DNA of 64,000 nucleotides, from contig OZ037772.1 in NCBI GenBank assembly GCA_964035545.1, forward strand, positions 3,501,538 to 3,565,537, given 5' to 3'. Source of the stretch: Bugula neritina. Lineage: Eukaryota; Animalia; Bryozoa. Below the pieces are notes generated by a model. The model was not told where the DNA came from. It saw only the letters and a list, made by a program, of their open reading frames with translations, and ran no database searches. Both the position numbers and the translations under genes were made by a program. Shown here in pieces: positions 63,309 to 64,000 of this stretch (position 1 is its first letter; every line of letters begins with the position of its first letter).

Positions 63309-64000
63309 GTAAATACTCTGTTTATTATAGTAAGTTTAGTTATTTTATATATAATTATGTTGTAGTAAATAATATATTTTAATAATTAACAGTAAACAAC
63401 TTCCACTCATGAGATATATTATGTTATTGTTAGTACTTATCAAGTCACTGATGTTATTTTTAGCTAAAAGTTATGTAATAAAGACTGTAACATGCTGATA
63501 GTAGATGTTATATTCTTCATCACATGACTTGTAGTTAATAATAATATTAGTGAATAATACTGCCTCCCTGCAATGAGTTTATTTCCAGCTGCAGTAACAT
63601 GCAGGATGTAAGCACAGGTTAAAGTGTGTATTATATTGTATAGGTTTAAGGTGTACTCTGTGTAGTGTGCAGTGAGCTCTTAGTAAACTCTCTATTCAGT
63701 CTTCCTTTCCAAGGGTTCACCTGGTAGTGTAGAGGATAGGGACTCCACACTGCTAAGTGAGTTGGTGCTGCAAGGGGTTCAAACCCACCTATCAGCATGT
63801 CTAGTTAATATACTATGCAAGTGTTTTACAGTAATTTTAGAGGTGCTCAGTCTAACAACTGTACAGAATGCCAGCTACACATGAGTTATAAGTTGTAGTT
63901 TGACTTCAGTCTAGTGCTGCTGTTGTTTTGGTCATCAGATAATTTAAATATAAATAATTTGATACTTTTGACTGCCATTACTGAGACTATATAATTTAAT

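Larger units (their letters stand above)
51619..64000 (+). repeat. Segmental duplication, copy B (runs off the window end)
   Basis: Colinear with 1-26900 but lacking the gypsy, MULE-like and intron-3 insertions. Scattered substitutions and indels occur throughout. Confidence 0.95.

Overview
This is AT-rich, intron-containing, satellite-rich animal (probably invertebrate) genomic DNA. Nothing here is prokaryotic. (1) A large direct segmental duplication is present: bases 1-~26.9 kb reappear at 51,619-64,000. Each copy carries a 7-exon RING/B-box/B-box/coiled-coil/beta-propeller (TRIM, NHL-like) gene, about 620 aa in copy A. The two copies have an identical RING exon but a strongly diverged propeller exon. 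(2) Copy A alone holds a very young Ty3/gypsy LTR retrotransposon (3375-13357, minus strand). It has 305-bp LTRs differing at 1 base, an ATAT target-site duplication (TSD), a tRNA-Leu primer-binding site, and a -1 frameshift signal with a likely pseudoknot. (3) In the env position this element has a non-env third ORF: an acidic N-terminus, C2H2 and C2HC zinc fingers, a PxVxL motif, an NLS-like basic patch and a coiled coil. ORF3 is split by a nested CAC-terminus DNA transposon (4008-6545). Removing that insert restores a clean 357-aa protein. This is the best candidate for an undescribed system. (4) Between the duplicates lie two decayed genes missing from the ORF track: a C6orf136/DUF2358-like pseudogene (minus) and a fibrillar collagen pseudogene (plus). 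(5) There are several non-autonomous DNA transposons (hAT-like, MULE-like, TA-flanked) and more than 12 unrelated mini/microsatellite arrays, which account for most long ORFs in the track. All alignments and counts were done by eye and no databases were searched.
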